Origin: Eledone cirrhosa
Lineage: Eukaryota
Direction of reading: 5' to 3'
Length of the DNA stretch: 64,000 nt
NCBI GenBank assembly: GCA_964016885.1
Contig: OZ024742.1
Location: 164,734,001-164,798,000 of the forward strand
Below the pieces are notes generated by a model, which was not told the DNA's origin, searched no databases, and saw only the letters and a list, made by a program, of their open reading frames with translations. Positions 11,101 to 24,900 of the stretch are shown piece by piece. Position 1 is the first letter of the stretch. The number at the start of each line of letters is the position of its first letter. Both the position numbers and the translations under genes were made by a program.

Positions 11101-12500
11101 CCTGATTTTTTTTTACAAATTATCTACCCCTGATTTTTTTTTACAAATTATCTCCCCCTGATTTTTTTTACAAATTATCTCCCCCTGATTTTTTTTACAA
11201 ATTATCTCCCCCTGATTTTTTTACAAATTATCTCCCCCCGATTTTTTTTACAAATTATCTCCGCCTAATTTTTTTAAATATTATCTTCCCTTGGCTGGCG
11301 GGAAATTATCTCCCCTTGGACGGCTGAAAATTATCTCCCCTTGGACGGCTGGAAATTATCTCCCCTTGATTTTTTTACAAATTATCTCCCCCTGATTATT
11401 TTTTACAAATTATCTCCCCCTGATTTTTTTTTACAAATTATCTCCCTCTGATTTTTTTTACAAATTATCTCCCCTTGGCTGGCTGGAAATTATCTCCCCT
11501 TGGAGGCTGGAATTTATCTCCACTTGGACGGTTAGAAATTACCTCTCCTTGGACTGCTGGAAAATATGTCTCCTTGGACGGCTGGAAATTATCTCCCCTT
11601 GGACGGCTGGAAATTATCTCCCCTTGGACGGCTGGAAATTATCTCTCCTCGGACGACTAGAAATTACCTCTCCTTGGACAGCTGAAAATTATCTCCCCTT
11701 GGACGGCTGGAAATTATCTCCCCTTGATTTTTTTTACAAATTATCTCCCCCCGATTTTTTTTTACAAATTATCTCCCCCTGATTTTTTTTTACAAATTAT
11801 CTCCCCCTGATTTTTTTTACAAATTATCTCCCCCTGATATTTTTTACAAATTATCTCCCCCTGATTTTTTTACAAATTATCTCCCCTTGGCTGGCTGGAA
11901 ATTATCTCCCCTTGGAGGCTGGAATTTATCTCCCCTTGGACGGCTAGAAATTACCTCGCCTTGGACGGCTGGAAAATATGTCTCCTTGGACGGCTGGAAA
12001 TTATCTCCCCTTGGACGGCTGGAAATTATCTCCCCTTGGACGGCTGGAAATTATCTCCCCTTGGACGGCTAGATATTACCTCCCCTTGGACGGCTGGAAA
12101 TTATCTCCCCTTGATTTTTTTTACAAATTACCTCCCCCTGATTTTTTTTTACAAATTATCTCCCCCTGATTTTTTTTTACGAATTATCTCCCCCTGATTT
12201 TTTTTTACAAATTATCTCCGCCTGATTTTTTTTTTAAAATTATCTCCCCTTGAACGGCTGGAAATTATCTCCCCTTGGACGGCTGGAAATTATCTCCCCT
12301 TGGACGGCTAGAAATTACCTCTCCTTGGACGGCTGAAAATTATCTCCCCTTGGACGGCTGCAAATTATCTCCCCTTGATTTTTTAACAAATTATCTCCCC
12401 CTGATTTTTTTTTACAAATTATCTCCCCCTGATTTTTTTTTACAAATTATCTACGCCTAATTTTTTTTACAAATTATCTCCCCCTGATTTTTTTTTACAA
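8185..12500 (+). repeat. Tandem duplication of a ~1,988 bp higher-order unit, slightly more than 2 copies (also present at about 40330-44640)
   Basis: ACGAATT variant at about 8202, 10190 and 12179. ORF pairs 8666/10654, 9487/11475 and 9898/11887. Confidence 0.92.
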
Positions 12501-15500
12501 ATTATCTCCCCCTGATTTTTTTTACAAATTATCTCCCCCTGATTTTTTTTTACAAATTATTTCCCCCTGATTTTTTTACAAATTATCTCCCCCCTGATTT
12601 TTTTTACAATCTCCGCCTGATTTTTTTAAAAATTATCTTGCCTTGGCTGGCGGGAAATTATCTCCCCTTGGACGGCTGGAAATTATATCCCCTTGGACGG
12701 CTGGAAATTACCTCCCCTTGGACAGCTGGAAATTATCTGCCCTTGATTTTGTTTTTACAAATTATCTCCCCCTGATTTTTTTTACAAATTATCTCCACCT
12801 GATTTTTTAAAAAATTATCTCCCCTTGGACGGCTGGAAATTATCTCCCCTTGATTTTTTTACAAATTATCTCCCCCTGATTTTTTTTACAAATTATCTCC
12901 CCCTGATTTTTTTTTACAAATTATCTCCCCCTGATTTTTTTACAAATTATCTCCCCCTGATTTTTTTTACAAATTATCTCCGCCTGATTTTTTTAAATAT
13001 TATCTTCCCTTGGCTGGCGGGAAATTATCTCCCCTTGGACGGCTGAAAATTATCTCCCCTTGGACGGCTGGAAATTATCTCCCCTTGATTTTTTTTACAA
13101 ATTATCTCCCCCTGATTTTTTTTTACAAATTATCTCCCCCTGATTTTTTTTTACAAATTATCTCCCCCTGATTTTTTTTTACAAATTATCTGCCCCTGAT
13201 TTTTTTTACAAATTATCTCCCCCTGATTTTTTTACAAATTATCTCCCCTTGGCTGGCTGGAAATTATCTCCCCTTGGACACTGTAAATTATAGCCCCTTG
13301 GAGGGCTGGAAATTATCTTACCTTGGACGGCTGGAAATTATCTCTGCTTGATTTTTTTTACAAATTATCTCCCCCTGATTTTTTTTTACAAATTATCCCC
13401 CCCGATTTTTTTTACAAATTATCTCCCCCTGATTTTTTTTACAAATTATCTCCCCTTGGACGGCTGGAAATTATCTCCCCTTGGACGGCTGGAAATTATC
13501 TCTCCTTGGACGGCTAGAAATTACCTCTCCTTGGACGACTGAAAATTATCTCCCCTTGGACGGCTGCAAATTATCTCCCCTTGATTTCTTTTACAAATTA
13601 TCTCCGCCTGATTTTTTTTTTTAAATTATCTCCCCTTGGACGGCTGGAAATTACCTCCCCTTGGACGGCTGGAAATTATCTCCCCTTGGACGGCTAGAAA
13701 TTACCTCTCATTGGACGGCTGAAAATTATCTCCCCTTGGACGGCTGGAAATTATCTCCCCTTGATTTTTTTTACAAATTATCTCCCCCTGATTTTTTTTT
13801 TACAAATTATCTCCGCCTGATTTTTTTTTAAAATTATCTCTCCTTGGACGGCTGGATATTATCTCCCCTTTCATTTTTTTTACAAATTATCTCCCCCTGA
13901 TTTTTTTTTACAAATTATCTCCCCCTGATTTTTTTTTACAAATTATCTACCCCTAATTTTTTTTTACAAATTATCTCCCCCTGATTTTTTTTACAAATTA
14001 TCTCCCCCTGATTTTTTTTTTACAAATTATCTCCCCCTGATTTTTTTACAAATTATCTCCCCCTGATTTTTTTTACAAATTATCTCCGCCTGATTTTTTT
14101 AAATATTATCTTCTCTTGGCTGGCGGGAAATTATCTCCCCTTGGAGGGCTGAAAATTATCTCCCCTTGGACGGCTGGAAATTATCTCCCCTTGATTTTTT
14201 TTACAAATTATCTCCCCCTGATTTTTTTTTACAAATTATCTCCCCCTGATTTTTTTTACAAATTATCTCCCCCTGATTTTTTTTTACAAATTATCTCCCC
14301 CTGATTTTTTTTTACAAATTATCTACCCCTGATTTTTTTTTACAAATTATCTCCCCCTGATTTTTTTTACAAATTATCTCTCCCTGATTTTTTTTTACAA
14401 ATTATCTCCCCCTGATTTTTTTTTACAAATTATCTACCCCTGATTTTTTTTTTACAAATTATCTCCCCCTGATTTTTTTTACAAATTATTTCCCCCTGAT
14501 TTTTTTTACAAATTATCTCCCCCTGATTTTTTTACAAATTATCTCCCCCCGATTTTTTTTACAAATTATCTCCGCCTAATTTTTTTAAATATTATCTTCC
14601 CTTGGCTGGCGGGAAATTATCTCCCCTTGGACGGCTGAAAATTATCTCCCCTTGGACGGCTGGAAATTATCTCCCCTTGATTTTTTTACAAATTATCTCC
14701 CCTTGATTATTTTTTACAAATTATCTCCCCCTGATTTTTTTTTACAAATTATCTCCCTCTGATTTTTTTTACAAATTATCTCCCCTTGGCTGGCTGGAAA
14801 TTATCTCCCCTTGGAGGCTGGAATTTATCTCCCCTTGGACGGTTAGAAATTACCTCTCCTTGGACTGCTGGAAAATATGTCTCCTTGGACGGCTGGAAAT
14901 TATCTCCCCTGGGACGGCTGGAAATTATCTCCCCTTGGACGGCTGGAAATTATCTCTCCTCGGACGACTAGAAATTACCTCTCCTTGGACAGCTGAAAAT
15001 TATCTCCCCTTGGACGGCTGGAAATTATCTCCCCTTGATTTTTTTTACAAATTATCTCCCTCTGATTTTTTTTTACAAATTATCTCCCCCTGATTTTATT
15101 TTACAAATTATCTCCCCCTGATTTTTTTTACAAATTATCTGCCCCTGATATTTTTTACAAATTATATCCCCCTGATTTTTTTACAAATTATCTCCCCTTG
15201 GCTGGCTGGAAATTATCTCCCCTTGGAGGCTGGAATTTATCTCCCCTTGGACGGCTAGAAATTACCTCGCCTTGGACGGCTGGAAAATATGTCTCCTTGG
15301 ACGGCTGGAAATTATCTCCCCTTGGACGGCTGGAAATTATCTCCCCTTGGACGGCTAGATATTACCTCCCCTTGGACGGCTGGAAATTATCTCCCCTTGA
15401 TTTTTTTTACAAATTATCTCCCCCTGATTTTTTTTTACAAATTATCTCCCCCTGATTTTTTTTACAAATTATCTCCCCCTGATTTTTTTACAAATTATCT

Positions 15501-17459
15501 CCCCCCGATTTTTTTTACAAATTATATCCGCCTAATTTTTTTAAATATTATCTTCCCTTGGCTGGCGGGAAATTATCTCCCCTTGGACGGCTGAAAATTA
15601 TCTCCCCTTGGACGGCTGGAAATTATCTCCCCTTGATTTTTTTACAAATTATCTCCCCCTGATTTTTTTTACAAATTATCTCCCCCTGATATTTTTTACA
15701 AATTATCTCCCCCTGATTTTTTTACAAATTATCTCCCCTTGGCTGGCTGGAAATTATCTCCCCTTGGAGGCTGGAATTTATCTCCCCTTGGATGGCTAGA
15801 AATTACCTCCCCTTGGACGGCTGGAAATTATCTCCCCTTGGACGGCTAGATATTACCTCCCCTTGGACGGCTGGAAATTATCTCCCCTTGATTTTTTTTA
15901 CAAATTATCTCCCCCTGATTTTTTTACAAATTATCTCCCCCTGATTTTTTTTACGAATTATCTCCCCCTGATTTTTTTTTACAAATTATCTCCCCCTGAT
16001 TTTTTTTTACAAATTATTTCCCCCTGATTTTTTTACAAATTATCTCCCCCCTGATTTTTTTTACAATCTCCGCCTGATTTTTTTAAAAATTATCTTCCCT
16101 TGGCTGGCGGGAAATTATCTCCCCTTGGACGGCTGGAAATTATATCCCCTTGGAAGGATGGAAATTATCTCCCCTTGGACGGCTGGAAATTATCTCCCCT
16201 TGGACGGCTGGAAATTATCTCCCCTTGGACAGCTGGAAATTATCTGCCCTTGATTTTGTTTTTACAAATTATCTCCCCCTGATTTTTTTTACAAATTATC
16301 TCCACCTGATTTTTAAAAAAATTATCTCCCCTTGGACGGCTGGAAATTATCTCCCCTTGATTTTTTTACAAATTATCTCCCCTTGATTTTTTTTACAAAT
16401 TATCTCCCCCTGATTTTTTTTTACAAATTATCTCCCCCTGATTTTTTTACAAATTATCTCCCCCTGATTTTTTTTACAAATTATCTCCGCCTGATTTTTT
16501 TAAATATTATCTTCCCTTGGCTGGCGGGAAATTATCTCCCCTTGGACGGCTGAAAATTATCTCCCCTTGGACGGCTGGAAATTATCTCCCCTTGATTTTT
16601 TTTACAAATTATCTCCCCCTGATTTTTTTTTACAAATTATCTCCCCCTGATTTTTTTTTACAAATTATCTCCCCCTGATTTTTTTTTACAAATTATCTCA
16701 CCCTGATTTTTTTTACAAATTATCTCCCTCTGATTTTTTTACAAATTATCTCCCCTTGGCTGGCTGGAAATTATCTCCCCTTGGAGGCTGGAATTTATCT
16801 CCCCTTGGACGGCTAGAAATTACCTCTCCTTGGACGGCTGGAAAATATGTCTCCTTGGACGGCTGGATATTATCTACCCTTGGACGGCTGGAAATTATCT
16901 CCCCTTGGACGGCTGGAAATTATCTCCCCTTGGACGGCTAGATATTACCTCCCCTTGGACGGCTGGAAATTATCTCCCCTTGATTTTTTTACAAATTATC
17001 TCCCCCTGATTTTTTTACAAATTATCTCCCCCTGATTTTTTTTACAAATTATCTCCGCCTAATTTTTTTAAATATTATCTTCCCTTGGCTGGCGGGAAAT
17101 TATCTCCCCTTGGACGGCTGAAAATTATCTCCCCTTGGACGGCTGGAAATTATCTCCCCTTGATTTTTTTTACAAATTATCTCCCCCTGATTTTTTTTAC
17201 AAATTATCTCCCCCTGATTTTTTTTACAAATTATCTCCCCCTGATTTTTTTTTACAAATTATTTCCCCCTGATTTTTTTACAAATTATCTCCCCCCTGAT
17301 TTTTTTTACAATCTCCGCCTGATTTTTTTACAAATTATCTCCCCCTGATTTTTTTTACAAATTATCTCCGCCTGATTTTTTTAAATATTATCTTCCCTTG
17401 GCTGGCGGGAAATTATCTCCCCTTGGACGGCTGAAAATTATCTCCCCTTGGACGGCTGG

Positions 17460-20400
17460 AATTTATCTCCCCTTGGACGGCTAGAAATTACCTCTCCTTG
17501 GACGGCTGGAAAATATGTCTCCTTGGACGGCTGGATATTATCTACCCTTGGACGGCTGGAAATTATCTCCCCTTGGACGGCTGGAAATTATCTCCCCTTG
17601 GACGGCTAGATATTACCTCCCCTTGGACGGCTGGAAATTATCTCCCCTTGATTTTTTTACAAATTATCTCCCCCTGATTTTTTTACAAATTATCTCCCCC
17701 TGATTTTTTTTACAAATTATCTCCGCCTAATTTTTTTAAATATTATCTTCCCTTGGCTGGCGGGAAATTATCTCCCATTGGACGGCTGAAAATTATCTCC
17801 CCTTGGACGGCTGGAAATTATCTCCCCTTGATTTTTTTTACAAATTATCTCCCCCTGATTTTTTTTTACAAATTATCTCCCCCTGATTTTTTTTACAAAT
17901 TATCTCCCCCTGATTTTTTTACAAATTATCTCCCCTTGGCTGGCTGGAAATTATCTCCCCTTGGAGGCTGGAATTTATCTCCCCTTGGACGGCTAGAAAT
18001 TACCTCTCCTTGGACGGCTGGAAAATATGTCCTTGGACGGCTGGATATTATCTACCCTTGGACGGCTGGAAATTATCTCCCCTTGGACGGCTGGAAATTA
18101 TCTCCCCTTGGACGGCTAGATATTACCTCCCCTTGGACGGCTGGAAATTATCTCCCCTTGAATTTTTTTACAAATTATCTCCCCCTGATTTTTTTTTACA
18201 AATTATCTCCCCCTGATTTTTTTTTACAAATTATCTACCCCTGATTTTTTTTTACAAATTATCTCCCCCTGATTTTTTTTACAAATTATCTCCCCCTGAT
18301 TTTTTTTTACAAATTATCTCCCCCTGATTTTTTTTTACAAATTATCTACCCCTGATTTTTTTTACAAATTATCTCCCCCTGATTTTTTTTACAAATTATC
18401 TCCCCCTGATTTTTTTTACAAATTATCTTCGCCTAATTTTTTTAAATATTATCTTCCCTTGGCTGGCGGGAAATTATCTCCCCTTGGACGGCTGAAAATT
18501 ATCTCTCCTTGGACGGCTGGAAATTATCTCCCCTTGATTTTTTTTACAAATTATCTCCCCCTGATTATTTTTTACAAATTATCTCCCCCTGATTTTTTTT
18601 TACAAATTATCTCCCCCTGATTTTTTTTACAAATTATCTCCCCCTGATTTTTTTACAAATTATCTCCCCTTGGCTGGCTGGAAATTATCTCCCCTTGGAG
18701 GCTGGAATTTATCTCCCCTTGGACGGTTAGAAATTACCTCTCCTTGGACGGCTGGAAAATATGTCTCCTTGGACGGCTGGAAATTATCGCCCCTTGGACG
18801 GCTGGAAATTATCTCCCCTTGGACGGCTGGAAATTATCTCTCCTCGGACGGCTAGAAATTACCTCTCTTTGGACAGCTGAAAATTATCTCCCCTTGGACG
18901 GCTGGAAATTATCTCCCCTTGATTTTTTTACAAATTATCTCCCCCTGATTTTTTTTTACAAATTATCTCCCCCTGATTTTTTTTTACAAATTATCTCCCC
19001 CTGATTTTTTTTTACAAATTATCTCCCCCTGATTTTTTTACAAATTATCTCCCCTTGGCTGGCTGGAAATTATCTCCCCTTGGAGGCTGGAATTTATCTC
19101 CCCTTGGACGGCTAGAAATTACCTCTCCTTGGACGGCTGGAAAATATGTCTCCTTGGACGGCTGGATATTATCTACCCTTGGACGGCTGGAAATTATCTC
19201 CCCTTGGACGGCTGGAAATTATCTCCCCTTGGACGGCTAGATATTACCTCCCCTTGGACGGCTGGAAATTATCTCCCCTTGATTTTTTTACAAATTATCT
19301 CCCCCTGATTTTTTTACAAATTATCTCCCCCTGATTTTTTTTACAAATTATCTCCGCCTAATTTTTTTAAATATTATCTTCCCTTGGCTGGCGGGAAATT
19401 ATCTCCCCTTGGACGGCTGAAAATTATCTCCCCTTGGACGGCTGGAAATTATCTCCCCTTGATTTTTTTTACAAATTATCTCCCCCTGATTTTTTTTTAC
19501 AAATTATCTCCCCCTGATTTTTTTTACAAATTATCTCCCCCTGATTTTTTTACAAATTATCTCCCCTTGGCTGGCTGGAAATTATCTCCCCTTGGAGGCT
19601 GGAATTTATCTCCCCTTGGACGGCTAGAAATTACCTCTCCTTGGACGGCTGGAAAATATGTCCTTGGACGGCTGGATATTATCTACCCTTGGACGGCTGG
19701 AAATTATCTCCCCTTGGACGGCTGGAAATTATCTCCCCTTGGACGGCTAGATATTACCTCCCCTTGGACGGCTGGAAATTATCTCCCCTTGATTTTTTTT
19801 ACAAATTATCTCCCCCTGATTTTTTTTTACAAATTATCTCCCCCTGATTTTTTTTTACAAATTATCTACCCCTGATTTTTTTTTACAAATTATCTCCCCC
19901 TGATTTTTTTTACAAATTATCTCCCCCTGATTTTTTTTTACAAATTATCTCCCCCTGATTTTTTTTTACAAATTATCTACCCCTGATTTTTTTTACAAAT
20001 TATCTCCCCCTGATTTTTTTTACAAATTATCTCCCCCTGATTTTGTTTACAAATTATCTCCCCCTGATTTTTTTACAAATTATCTCCCCCTGATTTTTTT
20101 TACAAATTATCTCCGCCTAATTTTTTTAAATATTATCTTCCCTTGGCTGGCGGGAAATTATCTCCCCTTGGACGGCTGAAAATTATCTCTCCTTGGACGG
20201 CTGGAAATTATCTCCCCTTCATTTTTTTTACAAATTATCTCCCCCTGATTATTTTTTACAAATTATCTCCCCCTGATTTTTTTTTACAAATTATCTCCCC
20301 CTGATTTTTTTTACAAATTATCTCCCCCTGATTTTTTTACAAATTATCTCCCCTTGGCTGGCTGGAAATTATCTCCCCTTGGAGGCTGGAATTTATCTCC

Positions 20401-20510
20401 CCTTGGACGGTTAGAAATTACCTCTCCTTGGACGGCTGGAAAATATGTCTCCTTGGACGGCTGGAAATTATCGCCCCTTGGACGGCTGGAAATTATCTCC
20501 CCTTGGACGG
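17460..20510 (+). repeat. Imperfect tandem duplication of a ~1,631 bp unit (also present at about 51046-54100)
   Basis: ORF pairs 17515/19146, 17753/19384 and 18010/19641 are all 1,631 apart. The pair 18670/20354 is 1,684 apart, consistent with two extra B monomers. Confidence 0.85.
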
Positions 20511-21904
20511 CTGGAAATTATCTCCCCTTGATTTTTTTTACAAATTATCTCCCCCTGATTTTTTTTTACAAATTATCTCCCCCTGATTTTTTTTTACAAA
20601 TTATCTCCCTCTGATTTTTTTTTACAAATTATCTCCCCCTGATATTTTTACAAATTATCTCCCCCTGATTTTTTTACAAATTATCTCCCCTTGGCTGGCT
20701 GGAAATTATCTCCCCTTGGAGGCTGGAATTTATCTCCCCTTAGACGGCTAGAAATTACCTCGCCTTGGACGGCTGGCAAATATGTCTCCTTGGACGGCTG
20801 GAAATTATCTCCCCTTGGACGGCTGGAAATTATCTCCCCTTGGACGGCTGGAAATTATCTCCCCTTGGACGGCTAGATATTACCTCCCCTTGGACGGCTG
20901 GAAATTATCTCCCCTTGGACGGCTAGATATTACCTCCCCTTGGACGGCTGGAAATTATCTCCCCTTGATTTTTTTTACAAATTATCTCCCCCTGATTTTT
21001 TTAAAAAAATTATCTCCCCTTGAACGGCTGGAAATTATCTCCCCTTGGACGGCTGGAAATTATCTCCCCTTGGACGGCTAGAAATTACCTCTCCTTGGAC
21101 GGCTGAAAATTATCTCCCCTTGGACGGCTGCAAATTATCTCCCCTTGATTTTTTAACAAATTATCTCCCCCTGATTTTTTTTTACAAATTACCTCCCCCT
21201 GATTTTTTTTTACAAATTATCTCCCCGTGATTTTTTTACAAATTATCTCCCCCTGATTTTTTTTACAATCTCCGCCTGATTTTTTTAAAAATTATCTTCC
21301 CTTGGCTGGCGGGAAATTATCTCCCCTTGGACGGCTGGAAATTATATCCCCTTGGAAGGATGGAAATTATCTCCCCTTGGACGGCTGGAAATTATCTCCC
21401 CTTGGACGGCTGGAAATTATCTCCCCTTGGACAGCTGGAAATTATCTGCCCTTGATTTTGTATTTACAAATTATCTCCCCCTGATTTTTTTTACAAATTA
21501 TCTCCACCTGATTTTTTAAAAAATTATCTCCCCTTGGACGGCTGGAAATTATCTCCCCTTGATTTTTTACAAATTATCTCCCCCTGATTTTTTTTACAAA
21601 TTATCTCCCCCTGATTTTTTGTTACAAATTATCTCCCCCTGATTTTTTTACAAATTATCTCCCCCTGATTTTTTTTACAAATTATCTCCGCCTGATTTTT
21701 TTAAATATTATCTTCCCTTGGCTGGCGGGAAATTATCTCCCCTTGGACGGCTGAAAATTATCTCCCCTTGGACGGCTGGAAATTATCTCCCCTTGATTTT
21801 TTTACAAATTATCTCCCCCTGATTTTTTTTTACAAATTATCTCCCCCTGATTTTTTTTACAAATTATCTCCCCCTGATTTTTTTTTACAAATTATCTCCC
21901 CCTG

Positions 21905-24900
21905 ATTTTTTTACAAATTATCTCCCCCTGATTTTTTTTACAATCTCCGCCTGATTTTTTAAAAAATTATCTTCCCTTGGCTGGCGGGAAATTATCTCCC
22001 CTTGGACGGCTGGAAATTATCTCCCCTTGGACGGCTGGAAATTATCTCCCCTTGGACAGCTGGAAATTATCTGCCCTTGATTTTGTTTTTACAAATTATC
22101 TCCCCCTGATTTTTTTTACAAATTATCTCCACCTGATTTTTTAAAAAATTATCTCCCCTTGGACGGCTGGAAATTATCTCCCCTTGATTTTTTTACAAAT
22201 TATCTCCCCCTGATTTTTTTTACAAATTATCTCCCCCTGATTTTATGTTACAAATTATCTCCCCCTGATTTTTTTACAAATTATCTCCCCCTGATTTTTT
22301 TTACAAATTATCTCCGCCTGATTTTTTTAAATATTATCTTCCCTTGGCTGGCGGGAAATTATCTCCCCTTGGACGGCTGGAAATTATCTCCCCTTGATTT
22401 TTTTTACAAATTATCTCCCCCTGATTTTTTTTTACAAATTATCTCCCCCTGATTTTTTTTTACAAATTATCTCCCCCTGATTTTTTTTTACAAATTATCT
22501 CCCCCTGATTTTTTTTTACAAATCTCCCCCTGATTTTTTTATAAATTATCTCCCCTTGGCTGGCTGGAAATTATCTCCCCTTGGAGGCTGGAATTTATCT
22601 CCCCTTGGACGGCTAGAAATTACCTCTCCTTGGATGGCTGGAAAATATGTCTCCTTGGACGGCTGGATATTATCTACCCTTGGACGGCTGGAAATTATCT
22701 CCCCTTGGACGGCTGGAAATTATCTCCCCTTGGACGGCTAGATATTACCTCCCATTGGACGGCTGGAAATTATCTCCCCTTGATTTTTTTTACAAATTAT
22801 CTCCCCCTGATTTTTTTTTACGAATTATCTCCCCCTGATTTTTTTTTACAAATTATCTCCGCCTGATTTTTTTTTTTAAATTATCTCCCCTTGAACGGCT
22901 GGAAATTATCTCCCCTTGGACGGCTGGAAATTATCTCCCCTTGGACGGCTAGAAATTACCTCTCCTTGGACGGCTGAAAATTATCTCCCCTTGGACGGCT
23001 GCAAATTATCTCCCCTTGATTTTTTTAACAAATTATCTCCCCCTGATTTTTTTTTACAAATTATCTCCCCCTGATTTTTTTTTACAAATTATCTACGCCT
23101 AATTTTTTTTACAAATTATCTCCCCCTGATTTTTTTTTACAAATTATCTCCCCCTGATTTTTTTTACAAATTATCTCCCCCTGATTTTTTTTACAAATTA
23201 TCTCCCCCTGATTTTTTTACAAATTATCTCCCCCCTGATTTTTTTTACAATCTCCGCCTGATTTTTTTAAAAATTATCTTCCCTTGGCTGGCGGGAAATT
23301 ATCTCCCCTTGGACGGCTGGAAATTATATCCCCTTGGAAGGATGGAAATTATCTCCCCTTGGACGGCTGGAAATTATCTCCCCTTGGACGGCTGGAAATT
23401 ACCTCCCCTTGGACAGCTGGAAATTATCTGCCCTTGATTTTGTTTTTACAAATTATCTCCCCCTGATTTTTTTTACAAATTATCTCCACCTGATTTTTTA
23501 AAAAATTATCTCCCCTTGGACGGCTGGAAATTATCTCCCCTTGGACGGCTGGAAATTATCTCCCCTTGATTTTTTTTACAAATTATCTCCCCCTGATTTT
23601 TTTTTACAAATTATCTCCCCCTGATTTTTTTTACAAATTATCTCCCCCTGATTTTTTTTTACAAATTATTTCCCCCTGATTTTTTTACAAATTATCTCCC
23701 CCCTGATTTTTTTTACAATCTCCGCCTGATTTTTTTAAAAATTATCTTCCCTTGGCTGGCGGGAAATTATCTCCCCTTGGACGGCTGGAAATTATATCCC
23801 CTTGGAAGGATGGAAATTATCTCCCCTTGGACGGCTGGAAATTATCTCCCCTTGGACGGCTGGAAATTATCTCCCCTTGGACAGCTGGAAATTATCTGCC
23901 CTTGATTTTGTTTTTACAAATTATCTCCCCCTGATTTTTTTTACAAATTATCTCCACCTGATTTTTTAAAAAATTATCTCCCCTTGGACGGCTGGAAATT
24001 ATCTCCCCTTGATTTTTTTTACAAATTATCTCCCCCTGATTTTTTTTTACAAATTATCTCCCCCTGATTTTTTTTTACAAATTATCTCCCCCTGATTTTT
24101 TTTTACAAATTATCTCACCCTGATTTTTTTTACAAATTATCTCTCCCTGATTTTTTTACAAATTATCTCCCCTTGGCTGGCTGGAAATTATCTCCCCTTG
24201 GAGGCTGGAATTTATCTCCCCTTGGACGGCTAGAAATTACCTCTCCTTGGACGGCTGGAAAATATGTCTCCTTGGACGGCTGGATATTATCTACCCTTGG
24301 ACGGCTGGAAATTATCTCCCCTTGGACGGCTGGAAATTATCTCCTCTTGGACGGCTAGATATTACCTCCCCTTGGACGGCTGGAAATTATCTCCCCTTGA
24401 TTTTTTTACAAATTATCTCCCCCTGATTTTTTTACAAATTATCTCCCCCTGATTTTTTTTACAAATTATCTCCGCCTAATTTTTTTAAATATTATCTTCC
24501 CTTGGCTGGCGGGAAATTATCTCCCCTTGGACGGCTGAAAATTATCTCCCCTTGGACGGCTGGAAATTATCTCCCCTTGATTTTTTTTACAAATTATCTC
24601 CCCCTGATTTTTTTTTACAAATTATCTCCCCCTGATTTTTTTTACAAATTATCTCCTCCTGATTTTTTTACAAATTATCTCCCCTTGGCTGGCTGGAAAT
24701 TATCTCCCCTTGGAGGCTGGAATTTATCTCCCCTTGGACGGCTAGAAATTACCTCTCCTTGGAAGGCTGGAAAATATGTCCTTGGACGGCTGGATATTAT
24801 CTACCCTTGGACGGCTGGAAATTATCTCCCCTTGGACGGCTGGAAATTATCTCCCCTTGGACGGCTAGATATTACCTCCCCTTGGACGGCTGAAAATTAT

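Larger units (their letters stand above)
1535..21905 (+). repeat. Large segmental duplication, copy 1 (about 20.4 kb; partner about 33677-55490)
   Basis: Identical ORF translations recur at offset 32,142 (1806/33948, 5821/37963, 13323/45465, 15608/47750), then 33,222 (16100/49322, 17085/50307), then 33,586 (17515/51101, 21302/54888). Rare variants such as GGACACTGTAAATTATAGCCCC are shared (about 13275 and 45419). Confidence 0.95.
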
